A stretch of DNA of 64,000 nt. Source: Eledone cirrhosa (lineage: Eukaryota). Positions 12,753 through 26,038 of the stretch are shown here, piece by piece. A program made the translations under genes and the position numbers. How positions within the stretch are numbered: position 1 is the first letter of the stretch; every line of letters begins with the position of its first letter. Under the pieces are notes generated by a model. The model saw only the letters and a list, made by a program, of their open reading frames with translations, made no database searches and was not told the origin of the DNA. The stretch spans positions 110,050,001 to 110,114,000 of the forward strand of contig OZ024743.1 of NCBI GenBank assembly GCA_964016885.1, in the 5' to 3' direction.

Positions 12753-12894
12753 GCAACGACTATGATAATGTTGATAACAACGAGGACGAAGAGAATGGTA
12801 ATGTTGGTTACTGTGTGATGTTGTAGTTGATGATGATGATATAACGCTATCGTCGTTGTTGGTGAAAATGATGATTATGATTGCATGTTGATGT

Positions 12895-12965
12895 TAATGT
12901 TGCAGATGCTGTTACTGCTGCTGCTGAGGATGGTGGGTACGACGATGTAAATGGTGATGATAATT

Positions 12966-13013
<48 letters not shown>

Positions 13014-13076
13014 TTGCATATGTTGTTGCTGGGGATGATGGGTACGACGAAGTAAATGGTGATGATAATTATTATT

Positions 13077-13123
<47 letters not shown>

Positions 13124-13184
13124 GCATATGTTGTTGCTGGGGATGGTGGGTACGACGAAGTAAATGGTGATGATAATTATGATA

Positions 13185-13241
<57 letters not shown>

Positions 13242-13407
13242 TTGCAGATGTTGTTACTGCTGTTGCTGAGGATGCTGGGTACGGCGATGTAAATGGTGAT
13301 GATAGTTATGATGATGATGATGATGATGATGATAATGATGATGATGATGACGATGATGGTGGCGTTGCTGCTGTTGCTGAGGATGGTGGGTACGACGTTG
13401 TAAATGG

Positions 13408-13448
<41 letters not shown>

Positions 13449-13450
13449 GT
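12895..13450. repeat. Compound minisatellite, five units of GGATGGTGGGTACGACGATGTAAATGGT + (GAT)n
   Basis: Anchor motif at ~12928, 13033, 13141, 13270 and 13381. Confidence 0.9.
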
Positions 13451-13699
13451 AATATGTTACTGTTCACAAGACAGATGTACACGCAAGCTGTTTAGTAATC
13501 TCATTAGCAACATATGAAACTAGAGGAGATTTTCGAATATTGTTGTTTTATCGAAAATAAACGGTGGAAAAAAGACAAAGATAATGTGGAATGTTAATTG
13601 GAATTTAATATAAGATTATATCTGTTTGGGAAGAGAGAAAAGAATTGAAATAACAGCTACTATTTCAAACACAATAAGAAGTGCTAAAACTACAGCAAA

Positions 13700-13899
13700 A
13701 GTGACTACTGTTAATACTACTGCTGCTGTTACTACTACTACTGCTACTACTTCTACTACTACTACTACTACTGTTGCTACTACTAATGCGGCTGCAGTTA
13801 CTATTACTACTACTACTAATACTAATACTGCTGCTGCTGCTACTACTACTACTACTGCTACTACTACTACTGTTGCTACTACTACTAATGCAGCTGCAG

Positions 13900-13951
<52 letters not shown>

Positions 13952-14018
13952 GGTTGCTACTACAACAACAACTACTACTACTACTAATACTACTACTACG
14001 GTTGCTACTACAACAACA

Positions 14019-14084
<66 letters not shown>

Positions 14085-14243
14085 GCTACTACTAATGTTA
14101 CTAATGCTAGTACTAATGCTTATGCTGCTGCTACTATTAATAATACTACTACAACTCGTGTTGCTACTGCTACTACTAATGTTACTACTACTACTGCTAA
14201 TATGGCTGCTGCTACTGCTCCTACTAATTGCTGCTGCTGCCCT

Positions 14244-14328
<85 letters not shown>
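13700..14328. repeat. Degenerate (ACT)n/(GCT)n array
   Basis: Visible directly; source of the poly-Thr/Leu/Tyr ORFs. Confidence 0.95.
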
Positions 14329-14956
14329 GAGCAAGATAATGTCCACGAGGTGCATAATTACGATGAGGAGGATGTTCAGGAATATGATGGTGATAATTAT
14401 ACTGATGACGATGTAATAACACATACTACATTAATTCATTTTACAATATATGCATATGGGGAAGTAACCTTAACCACGTTGCCCTAAGAGAGGAAGCACA
14501 GTTTCCAAATGCCCAGTTACACCCGCTGCCTTCGGTCGGCAGCTTAGATGCTGTTGTTTTCATTATATCAGTGTTCAAGAATTGTACACGTCATCGGTAG
14601 TTTCGGCCACGTCATCGGTATCACGGCCGTCGTATATCTGATTCCTTTCAATTGCCACCTGTCAATCGAAGTTGTTTCCTATATCGGGATTACTACTGTA
14701 GTGGGTAAGGGGTTGTATGATTGAAGCGGTCACGTCTTGTCGCAGCCCTGCTGGCATGTAGGCTCTCACGCCCATGTCCATGTATCGCGCAGGCGTTTTA
14801 GGTATGGGCATTGATACACACACACACACACCAATCAGATACATACCCGCAACTCTCATCTGCGACAATCTAAGTAAATATTAAATATTAAATATGTATC
14901 GAATAATTGGAAAGAAAAATCATAAAAAATAACATTTTAAACAATATTTAAAAAGG

Positions 14957-15756
14957 TATAAATATTTCGTATCTCCAAAGGAATACGGTTTTAGGAAGCC
15001 GTAGCTATGCAAACACCAGAAGGGGGTGGGGGGTGTGGGGGGGGGGGCGGCTAACGCCCTCCGGTGATGTCCAGCAGAAGCAAGGGAGACAATCGTCAAT
15101 GGATTTCAGGCTTAACTGGCCATCGTCAGGACGGTCCCTCCCACCGCTTGCGACTGCTGGACTAGTAGACAGGCGAGAATATATAGTTTTCTCGTCTGTG
15201 TAAAAGAGGTGATTAATCTCATTTGCATATGAAGCTGCATAAGTTGGTTCAACTTATAATAGAACAAAAATAGGATTTCGCTTCAAGCATAGCTTTATAC
15301 AATATGTATAAATATTTCGTATCTCGAAATACCATTTTAGGAAGCCGTAGCTATGCAAACACCGGTGGGCTAACGGCCTCTGGTGATGTCCAGCAGAAGC
15401 AAGAGGGACAACTGTCTATGCATTTCAGGCTTAACTGGCCATCGTGAAGACGGTCACTCCCACCGCTTGCGACTGCTGGACTAGAAGAAGGCGATTATAT
15501 ATAGTTTTCTCGTGTGTCAATGAGGTGATTAATCTCATTTGCATATGAAGCTACATAATTTGGCTCAGCTTATAATAGGAAAGAAATAGGATTTCGCTTC
15601 AAGCATAGCTTTATACAATATGTATAAATATTTCGTATCTCCAAAGAAATACGGTTTTAGGAAGCCGTAGCTATGCAAACACCGGGGTGCTAACGCCCTC
15701 TGGTGATGTTCAGCAAAGGCAAGGGGGACAATCGTCTATGCATTTGAGGCTTAACT
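14957..15756 (-). repeat. Tandem ~320-350 bp repeat (2.4 units), retrozyme-like
   Basis: TATAAATATTTCGTATCTC starts units at ~14957, 15307 and 15623; each full unit has a hammerhead motif on the minus strand. Confidence 0.88.
15094..15133 (-). ncRNA. Type I hammerhead ribozyme (minimal)
   Basis: cgtc CTGACGA t ggc-cagttaa-gcc t GAAA tcca tt gacg; the second unit (15413-15452) has palindromic stem III ATGCAT but a mutated core. Confidence 0.72.
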
Positions 15757-16458
15757 ATATATATACAAATGCGTACACGTACATAAAATAAAATAAAATA
15801 ATATAAAATAAAATAAGATACTGGAAAAAGCAATGTATACATTAAACAGATACAAAGGGGGTATCGGTTAATGCCATCCAGATATTATTGGGATTTTCCT
15901 AAAGTTACATAAAATACTCAAAGACATGCATATGCTATATAAGATACAGGACTGGCTATCCAAAGGACTGGGTTTGAACCTGCATATCAAACATGCAAAT
16001 GAGACAGGTTTCATGACGGATCGACACAAGGGACCGTGTGTGCGTACACAAGCAAGTTACATATCCTGTGAATGTTTACAATATTTTTTCATCATATGTT
16101 GTATGAGATGGAATGTATGCATCTATGGAATATGTCAGGAATGTATAGGATATGTGTTTCATAACAGTCTATATGAAATGTACATGGAATAGATGCATAA
16201 AGTGGAATATACCAACGGCTTATGATGTAGGCATGTATATAGCAACGGCAGGCAGAGTTAGAGTTATTTGCAACATTAACCCTAAGTCCAGCCTCAAGAC
16301 TGAGGCAATCCATAAGCCGTCCATCTCAATTTTAAAAAGCAGAATCACGGTGAAACCGGTAAAGCAAATAAACAAATACTCTTAAAAAGAATCCATTTGC
16401 TTTTTCGATTACTCTCCCCACACTCTCTCTCTCTCTCCCTCGTTCTCTCTCTCTCTAT

Positions 16459-16543
<85 letters not shown>

Positions 16544-16569
16544 CATGTATGTATATATATATATATATA

Positions 16570-17122
16570 CATACTACTGTACGTCTGTATACATATATGT
16601 ATGTACATATACATACATACTTAGATTTAAGTATCAGCCGTAGTAAGAGTGAGAAATGAAATTTCGTTTCATTCTTTTACATTTATCGTTTTCGGTGGGC
16701 CTGGTCGACTAACTCACTCGCTATGCAAATTAGGCTGCTCAGCCGCTAATATGTATAAGGAAAGTATATACTTTCAAACGTTCAATCATCTGGCAGGAAG
16801 GTATACGATGCTGACGATAGCTAATAAGCTTGAAACTAGTACATCGCTCCTGTGTCAGTGTTGAACAAAAAGACGACGATGTTTGCCTGAACACTGTACG
16901 GCGTAATTCGGACTGTTTGTTTACTAACAAACCGAACATTATAATAATAGTTCGGTAAATCCATACGTACATATATATATATATGTGTGCATCTATGTAT
17001 ATATAAACATACTGCTGTACGTCTGTATACATATATGTATGTACATATACATACATACTTACGTTTAAGTATCAGCCGTACTAAGAGGGAGAAATGAAAT
17101 TTCGTTTCATTCTTCTCCATTT
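16570..17122 (+). repeat. Partial tandem (~440-bp unit) non-coding element within (TA)n, hammerhead family A
   Basis: 16570-16685 is repeated at 17008-17122; homologue at 34265-35335. Confidence 0.85.
16806..16846 (+). ncRNA. Type I hammerhead ribozyme, intact core
   Basis: cgatg CTGACGA t agct-aata-agct t GAAA ctag TA catcg: 5-bp stem I, 4-bp stem II, palindromic stem III ACTAGT, GUA cleavage triplet. Confidence 0.88.
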
Positions 17123-17345
17123 ATATATATATATATATTACAACATTTAGCACAGCATAATCGAAGCTCTAGCTGCAGCTAGGCCAACGAATGCAATCGG
17201 GGTGTACAGCTCAGCACTCAACAAGGGATATTAACTTAGAGTTATAACATTACGTTTAGACGGTTTTGCAAATTGAAGACAGCGACCGATAGGCGAGCCG
17301 CAGTGACCAAAGAAACGAACAAAATGAACTCAGGAAAATATGTGT

Positions 17346-17467
<122 letters not shown>

Positions 17468-18211
17468 GAAACTGACTGTGTAGGTTTAAGAATAATTCAA
17501 AATTTACTAAATTAGTAATATACATGGTGGCTATATACTAAATATATCGACTTGTTATTTATTAATAACTGAGATGAGCGTTTTTAAAAGTTTTGCCCAA
17601 ATGATCTTTTGAAGTGTCATAAATATTTCAAAATCTAACCAGCTTAAATATGAATTAAAAATGAGAATGTTATTATCAGATTATTCGGCTTTTAGAAACC
17701 AAACGTCTCTTTAATTTTACCACAACTATTGATATTATTGATATAAATCATATATAAATCTAAGATAAATAAATTTTAAGGACACAATCATTGTGTTGGA
17801 GTATATGCATGTTGTAGGTAGTGAAAGAAATGCATCTGTCTTTAGAAAACGCCATCATTAACCACAAACAATGATACCACTGATACGTATGTCTAGGGTT
17901 ATTAAATATTGGACTAAACCCCAGCCTAACATGACGGTGAAAACGTAAAGGGTTAAAGAGCTATAAAGGCGGAGAAAACTACTAAAAATAGTTTCAAAGA
18001 AATGTTAATAAACTGTCACAAAAAATTATAAGATTGAAAACATTATGAAAATTATAAAGATTACAAAAAGATTATAGAAATTATGTGTGAATTCTACGAT
18101 AAATAAGTTGAGAAAAATAAATTTAGAAGAATTAATTAAGAGAAGATAAATTGTGAACAAATATAAATAATGAAGTGTTGATAGTGTACTGTTATAAAGC
18201 TAGTTAATAAC

Positions 18212-18552
18212 GGTGAATGGCTTAGTGGGTAGAGCAATTACCCACTAAGCAATTTAGAAGTATTGAATTCGATTCTCGAGCAGGGTGAGGCATTGTGTCC
18301 TTGAGCAAGACACTTCATTTCACGTTGCTCCTCTCTACTCATCTGTAGAAATGAGTTGCGACATCACTGGTACGAAGCTGTATCAGTCATTTCTTTTCCC
18401 TTGGATAATATCGGAGGCGTTGAGAAGGGAAACTGGTATTTATGAGAACCTGCTGTTCTTTCAAAAACAAATCTTGCTCACATTTGTGCCTTTGCGGGAA
18501 ACTTTCTAGGTGCAAATCCACGGCCATTAATGTCGGAAGGGGGTGGGGGCCG
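18212..18552 (+). mobile_element. CORE-like tRNA-derived SINE (family 2), degenerate
   Basis: A-box TGGCTTAGTGG, B-box-like GAATTCGATTC, then GTGTCCTTGAGCAAGACACTT...CTCATCTGTAGAAATG resembling the MIR/CORE domain. Confidence 0.7.
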
Positions 18553-21479
18553 TTAACAAATAAAGGTGATAAATATAATCGTAATATCAAATATTCCCGA
18601 ACGTAACTTATTGAATGTTTAATGGGTAATCAAACTATTTTGCGCATATATGCGCTTGCAATGAGAACGAAAATGAGGTGAGGTACATCATCAACTAACT
18701 AGACAGTCTTCATTATCACCGCAGAATCCACAGAAAACAGGTTACTGGTGACTGGGTATCTTCGAATAATGACGGGAGAGGAAATTAATTAATTAAATCC
18801 AAGTACTCAAATATAGAACTGAAGTTTATTCGATCTGCGAGTTATTCAGAGGGCCACAGGTGATCAGTCGATGTATTAACCCACACAAGGCAATGCTCAC
18901 ACCACCAACAAAATTAATAATTTGATAGCTAGATAACACATTACATATAGCTTTTGCTAGGTGAAAATTCATGTGCATATTTGAAGGTAGAACTGGAATT
19001 AAAATTAAATTAAACCTGTAGCTATTATTGAATAGAGAGGTTGTTAAATATAATATTACACATGACATGTACTAAAGGATATAGTCTGAAGTAGGATGTA
19101 ATATAATGTAGTTAATTTTAATTAGATACTATACAATGAGATATAAAAATATATAAAACATAATAAATATAAAATCTAGAAAAATAGAAAACAAACTAAG
19201 GTTTAGGCGTAGTTATAGTAAAATGAACTAGATCGAAGGTTATGCGGTTAGTAATTTACGAGGGTGTATAATTAAATATCTAAATAAGCATGAAAGTAAG
19301 AGAGGTAGCGAGAAACAATTAATGATTAATATATGATTGAAGAAATGGGAGTCATTAACTATTGGTATGGATACCATACTGAGACAAGTGTTATCAGAAT
19401 GTTAAGTATCACACATGAACTATATCATAACAATTAAACTATAGCGTAAGGTGAACTCCATCTACATAATCTAAACTATAATAAAGTAAGAAGTGCGGGA
19501 TTTGCGTCCAGAATATATCTTTTTATCCCCTTAGTAAAATAAGTTGGATTACTTTGAATAAATAATACATCAATATTAAATAATTTAAATACTAAATTTC
19601 GTAGCTGTTGATTACATATATTTCATTGTTTATTTAAATATTCACTTCTTTAACATTTTCAAATGTCAACACTTCCGGTTAGTAGTAGCTTAAATAAATA
19701 TTCATATATGTCCGTCACTAATTTTCTCCTAATGCAGTTTATATATAATATCGTCTATTTTTAATGTATCATCGATTACGTTACTGATTACATAAGACAG
19801 TGTAACGCAGTCTTCATTCAATTTCTGTGTATATTGTCTATTATGATTTTATTTGATGTATCATATCACCATGCATATATACTTGCGTATAATATCAATA
19901 TGAACACTACACATGCTAGCAAAAAAATCACACGAATAGTGGTTTTTCTGCCAGAGTTTATAATATAGAATCAGAATCAAACAGAATCAAAAGGAATGTA
20001 ATGTAAGGGTCAAATGTATCACAGGAAATAAATAGCTGACGAGGACTAGACTAAAATTTCCACACAACATATTTAAAGTCCAATAGTATCACATAACCGA
20101 CAATCTCGTTCGTCCGTGTGAAAGTAGGTGGCCGTATACGAACGTGCCCACTATGCTTTGAGAAAGATTCAGTTTTAGCAAGTCCGTTGTGGTAGTTCCT
20201 CTTAATATTGGTGTCAGCGCCTCAGGGCTTCATTACATCCCAAACCACTCGATAATAACAACTGCTGTATTCAATTTATGTTAAGTTGTTTAACAATGGG
20301 TAGAACTGGTGATCCCAGTTATTAAATAATGATGCAATAAATTAAAGCATTCGACGTCATGTAAATCATCCATCGTAGATGTAGTGTCACATGACTGGTG
20401 CAGAAGTGGATTAATGTTTTCATTAAAAATTACAGAAAGCCGGACTGGACATTTTCTTTAGAATTTTAATTCCACGAAAAAACTATACATATTTCAATGG
20501 GCCAGTTTCATCATCCGAAAATGATGCAATACTTAAGCGATTTCATCTGATGTTAATTGCATTGCAGCCTACTACGCGTGTGGAGGGGGTGGGTATTGTT
20601 AGGTGGTGATATACATTATTCTGTCCTGAGTATATGCCAAACATTAATCATCTGGTTATCTACCCTTGGTTGCAGATTCCAACACCCTCATCGCTAACTG
20701 ATTTGACACATGTCAATAACCCATTTATATTAAAATTCTTTAGACAGAGCCTGACAATTAAGCCACTTAACAATCTCTTTGTTTACTTAGAATAAATCAA
20801 CCTTAAAATGTGTGTGGGTGTTTGTATGTGTGGGTGTCTATAGGTAATTAGGTGTAAATGTGAACCATGCCTTCTATCTATGTCATTGTATTAATGTGTA
20901 TATTTCTAAAAAATAGGTTTTTCAGAGAATCACTATTCTTCGAAATCCGTTGTCCAATAATCTGTACCCATCCTCAAAATCACTAACTTCTCCAACCAGC
21001 AGGAAACATAGAGGAGGAGGAGTAGGAGGGTAACATTTTTGAAGAAGGTGGTGTGAGAATAATTCTTTGCATCTACAACAGTCGTTTGAGTTTATTATGT
21101 GAGGATTGTCTACTCTCTATGTTCACATTTCAACTCCGGAACACACAAAATCATCTCCAATTCCCATCAATACAAATAACCCCACCATCAGAACTACAGG
21201 CTTTGATAGTTCTATTCAATTAGCTGTCAGTCAGAAATCCACGCTTCGGAGATGTTCATCTTTATAATTGAACCCCTTCAAATTGGCTCGATTAACGAAA
21301 TCTTTGATAACAGATTTGACTTGTGACAGCAGTTCTAGTTTATTTTAAATAATTTAGGCTATATCATTTTATAGTTTTCCAAATCTTTGTCACCTACGTG
21401 CGAAGCCAAGCATATTTGCTTGAACTTTCTTAATCAAATAATCATTAAATTAGATATGTTGGCGCATATTGTGCTAGTA

Positions 21480-21553
<74 letters not shown>

Positions 21554-21998
21554 TAGAGAGAGAGAGAGAAATGATTGTGAGGAAGAAGCCAACAGTAAGT
21601 CATACATATAAGTGACTATTACGTCAAGATGGAAAATATTTAACGTAAGATATGGGAAAATAATTCAATCTCAATTAAAAATTAAAAAGTTGACAGAAAT
21701 GTTATCCACAGATTGTGTATAATCCAGGGAAAAAAACAATAGAGTCTTAACTCAGAATACAATTAAGGGTAAATACTCTATATAGTCTTAAAAAGATAAT
21801 TTCACGAAACTTTTGAGTGGGGTTAGTCACGGTTGGAACCGTTCATCAGTAGAGCTCAATATGATAACTAAGAGACACAGCTAAAATATGCTTAAAAGGA
21901 ATTTAAAAGCAGGCTAGTTACACCTCGTGTGGAATTAAGATAATAAACACACACATACACACATATATATATATATATCTCTCTCTATATATATATAT

Positions 21999-22852
21999 GT
22001 GAAAAAAGTTTGTCCTTCATCAGTGATCTTCCAACCATCATAGGCATTTCATCGCTTTAAAGACCATATACCTCCGGTTGGTGCGAGCAACGGCTAAAAA
22101 AAGTCGTTGGGACACGTAAATATAGGGGACGCGAGGGTAAATAAACAAAATGGTGAAGCAACAGAAAGTGAGGAAGAAAGAGACAAGTCCCAGATTTCTA
22201 TGAATTTAAGTTCGGTGAATTCGTGAACGAGAAAATAAAGACCATCAAACCTGGTTGAAATGTGAGCAAGGAAGAAATTTCGCACAAGTCTAACGGGAGG
22301 AAGAAGGGGTCTGGTCTGCGAATTCGGTAAACATGAGTTCTGTGAAATCGTAGACGAGAGAGAAAAAAAATTCCCACCAGCTTGGCCGAGAATGTGAGAG
22401 AAAAGAATTACTCACAGGTCAAACGGAAAGAAAGAGGAGGAGGAGAGGTAGTGACAGTGAATGAGTGAGTGAAGGGTGAGGAAGAGGCTAACAGAGAGAG
22501 AGAGAGACTGCTAGAAAGGATAAAGATACATAGAACGAAAAAGACGGATAGCAGCAGAGGAAAAAATATGTGTAAATATGATAATAAGGGCGCTGCGGAG
22601 TTGCAAATGGGTTACATATGAAAAAAGTTTGTCCTTCATCAGTGATCTTCCAACCATCATAGGAATTTCATCGCTTTAAAGACCATATACCTCCGGTTGG
22701 TGCGAGCAACGGCTAAAAAAAGTCGTTGGGATACGTAAATAAAGGGGACGCGAGGGTAAACAAACAAAATGGTGAAGCAACAGAAAGTGAGGAAGAAAGA
22801 GACAAGTCCCAGATTTCTATGAATTTAAGTTCGGTGAAATCGTGAACGAGAG
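21999..22852 (-). repeat. Partial tandem repeat, 619-bp period, flanked by (TA)n
   Basis: 22001-22232 is repeated at 22620-22852; related to 36731-37852 and 62320-62425. Confidence 0.9.
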
Positions 22853-22867
22853 AATATATATATATAA

Positions 22868-25800
22868 CGGCGATAAATTAGTTTTGCGAGGTCTTGGATA
22901 TGAAATCGTGTGTCGAAACAAATATTGTTATACTTGGGGAGGGTCATATTTGTGTAATAATATTGCCAGAATTAATAACAGAACACACTCACTGATTGGT
23001 TGGTTTTCGCTTCTCTGTCTTTTATATCGGTTAATTTAATTTATTCGGTCCTCATTTTTACCATTGACTGACCAACGGTCAAAAATACAGATACAATATA
23101 GACACAAACACATATATATAGTCTATCAACGTTCTTTCGTTGCACATCTGCAGCATCGTCAGCGGTGCTATTATGTTTCCTCCCGTTGCATTGTATGCCT
23201 ACGCCATCTTTATTTAGTCTGTTTATTTGTTTATGTTTTTGTCTTCTCTGCGCATGTGTTTGCGTGTGTGTATAGTGTTTTGTTTGATGTGTGTTCTTGT
23301 TTGGGTGACTGTGTATTGGTTAATGTATTCTATCGTAGTTTACTAGTGTGTTTTTATATGTGTTTGTTGTTATTGTGCCTGCGTATGTATTTATTTATTT
23401 ATTTATTTATATTTCTCTTGGGTCAGTGTTGTTTGTTTGGGTGTTGTTGTTATTCCCTTCACTTTTTGCTGTTTAGCCTTGGCCTTCAAAGTTCTATTTC
23501 GCTGGCCCCTCTGATTTGCCTATCTGCTGCGTCATTTCTATGTTTATATATTATTCTAACTTCTATGTTGTCTATGTTACTGTTGTGTAGTTGTCTGACA
23601 ACTTCGTATAGTACAGAAACGTTTTTTCGTCCTTTTAGTTCCACCCAGTGTTGGTCTATCCTTTCACCCATGCTACGAGCTGTCTCGCCTATGTATGTTG
23701 TTGTCATCTTTCTGCAAGTACCTTCTGTACATCATATGGTATAGACTACGTTTCTAGTTTTACAGTTTATCCGGGGGTTTACTTTACATATGATGCATTT
23801 CCTATTAGTAGAGTGGGTTTTCTTAAAAGGGTAGGCTTTGCTGATCAGGGATTTTATGGTGGTTCCTGGCTTTTCTACCACCTTAATCTTTAAGTAGGTT
23901 TTTCTCAGGGCCTTTCTACACTGGCTAGCTAATTTCCCTCCAGGGTTGGCGTCCACAAACATGACACTCTGGTATCTCTGGTTTATCGTACTATGAGGTG
24001 GCTTTCCCTATCTTATGTCTAGTCCTATCTATGCTATTCCATGATGTGCTCTTGTATAATGGGCAAATTCCTTTTGGATTCTGCGTCTTTGGTTGTAGCC
24101 AGAGAACTGCATCCGGTTGATGAAGTGTCGGATGTGTCTTTCCATTTTTGTTGGGTCGCACATGCGTGACACGTTCTTCATCACTCGTACCAAGTCTGCA
24201 ATCAGAATATTAAACTTAGCACTACTGGATATTGCTGAGTTTTTGAGTATCAGGTATTTGGAAGCCATGGGTTTAGCATAGTGTGAGTGAAGAATTTGGG
24301 CTCTCTCGTCTATAGAGTTAATCCAGAGTTCCGTGTCTAATACAGATAGTCTATTGTTAGGGTGTTTGGAAGGGTAGCCGATAGTTACAGTTATACTCTG
24401 GTGTTACGTTCTAAAACAAACGTGTTAGTGCTCTCTTGTGGGAATGTCCTTATTACTATATTGATGTCGTCTACGTAACGAGTGTACATGATGAGGTCTA
24501 ATGAGCTCTCAGCAAGGAGATTTTTAAGTCTCCTTTCCCACCATACCATAAAAAAGTTGGCAACGTCACCAGCTATGCTGACGCCAATGGCTGCTCCCTC
24601 ATTTTGGGTGTAGATCTTCTCGTTGAACTTGAATATGTGGCCCTTTAGGGTAGTTTTGATACTAGTCCCTATTGCATGTGCGACCATATTTCTGACCTGA
24701 TCATTGTTTTGGGGGGTCAGTATAGCTTTGGTCCACACAATCCACCTTCCCATGGGCGTCTTTTTTGCCCTTGAGGTTATGGAGAGGTGTCTACCTCTTA
24801 TGGGTCTACTGGGGCAGAAACGTCTAAGGGCATGGCTGTCTAGGTAGTCAGTGTCGTAGGTAAGTCTAAGTAGGAGGCCCAATTCGTCATCTTGATTATG
24901 GGCGTTTAACCATTGAGAGGAAGTAGGAGATCTTAAGGGCGTATAACCATTGAGAGGATGTAGGAGATCCTGTAGTTGCTAGCTATATTTGCTCCGCATA
25001 CGGGTCTTGTTGGTGGTCCTGTTGTCGGGTCGTCGACTATCGTGTGGTCATTGCGGAGCCCATACAAGTGTGGTATGTCATTCTTAGACGCCTGGAAGTT
25101 GTTGGCAGTGCGTCTGCTTTGTTTTAGGATGTCGCTCTACATCATCATGTGAGCGTTGACGATTTTCTCTCTGACATCATGTATTTGCTGTGCAATTTCG
25201 CCTGTGTTGGTAATGTGGGGTTGCATCGCCTTGATGAGTTGCGCATTATGTCTATTGACATCCTACCAGACTTATCTGTGGGTAGACATACTACCTCACC
25301 ATCCCTTGTGCGCTGCTTGAGGATAACCAAACCTTCTACAGATTTCCTCCCAAGTTGTTGGATCTCTAGTCTGCTCTGTTTCTTAGTTTACCGGTCTACT
25401 ATTTGTCTAATCTTATTTCTAGCTATGGTGAACTGTGCCTCTGTCTCGTCATCTATTTGTTATAGTATGCAAACTCTTTTATTAAAGGGTAACCTCGTAG
25501 GATAGATAATAGCCATCTTATATGTTTTGTCAGCTGAGTTGAAGAATAGTTTCTCTAAGTGGTTGTCAATATATCTATCGTCATAGTTGTGTGTATTGCT
25601 ATTATTGTTATTATGGTGGTTGTTGTTGTTCCTCTCATTATCATTATTATTATTGTTATGATTGCTAGATGTATTGTTGCTGTGATTGTTAGATGTATTG
25701 TTGTTGTTTTCGACACCGTTATTGTTGTTGTTACTGTTATTTCTACCATTGTGGTTGTTAGTTTTATTATGTTTCTTGTTTTTGTTGTTGTTGTGTCTAT

Positions 25801-26038
25801 CAGTAATGTTGCTACCTATATTATTTCTATTATTACCACTGTCGTTGTTGTTGTTGTTGTACTGTCTATCGTTAATATTATTACCATTATTACTATTTCT
25901 CACTCTCCTGCTATTGTTATTGTTATGACTATTACGATTATATCCATTATTTCTATACTCAGAGTTATTGTTTATATTACTATTATCGATATTATTGTTG
26001 TTGTTGTCCGTATAGTTGTTATTGTTGTTTACTTTTGC
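22868..26038 (-). mobile_element. Penelope-like element (RT + GIY-YIG), decayed, left arm of an inverted pair
   Basis: VCLPTDKSGR (DKG-type motif), GAAIGVSIAGDVAN, YTRYVDD, NVVYTI...YIGETARS..ERI..H; Asn-rich N-terminal region at 25460-26038. Confidence 0.9.
23121..23165 (-). ncRNA. Hammerhead-like motif in the PLE 3' region (degenerate copy at ~28107-28152, +)
   Basis: CTGACGA t gctgca-gatg-tgcaac GAAA g aacgtt; stem I is not convincingly formed. Confidence 0.5.

Noticed and set aside
11151-14487. Poly-Asp, Met, His, Thr and Leu ORFs
   Set aside because: Products of trinucleotide arrays; no domain or splice evidence.
21822-21856. CTGATGA + hairpin on the minus strand
   Set aside because: GAAA is replaced by GACT and stems I/III are absent; at best a decayed hammerhead.
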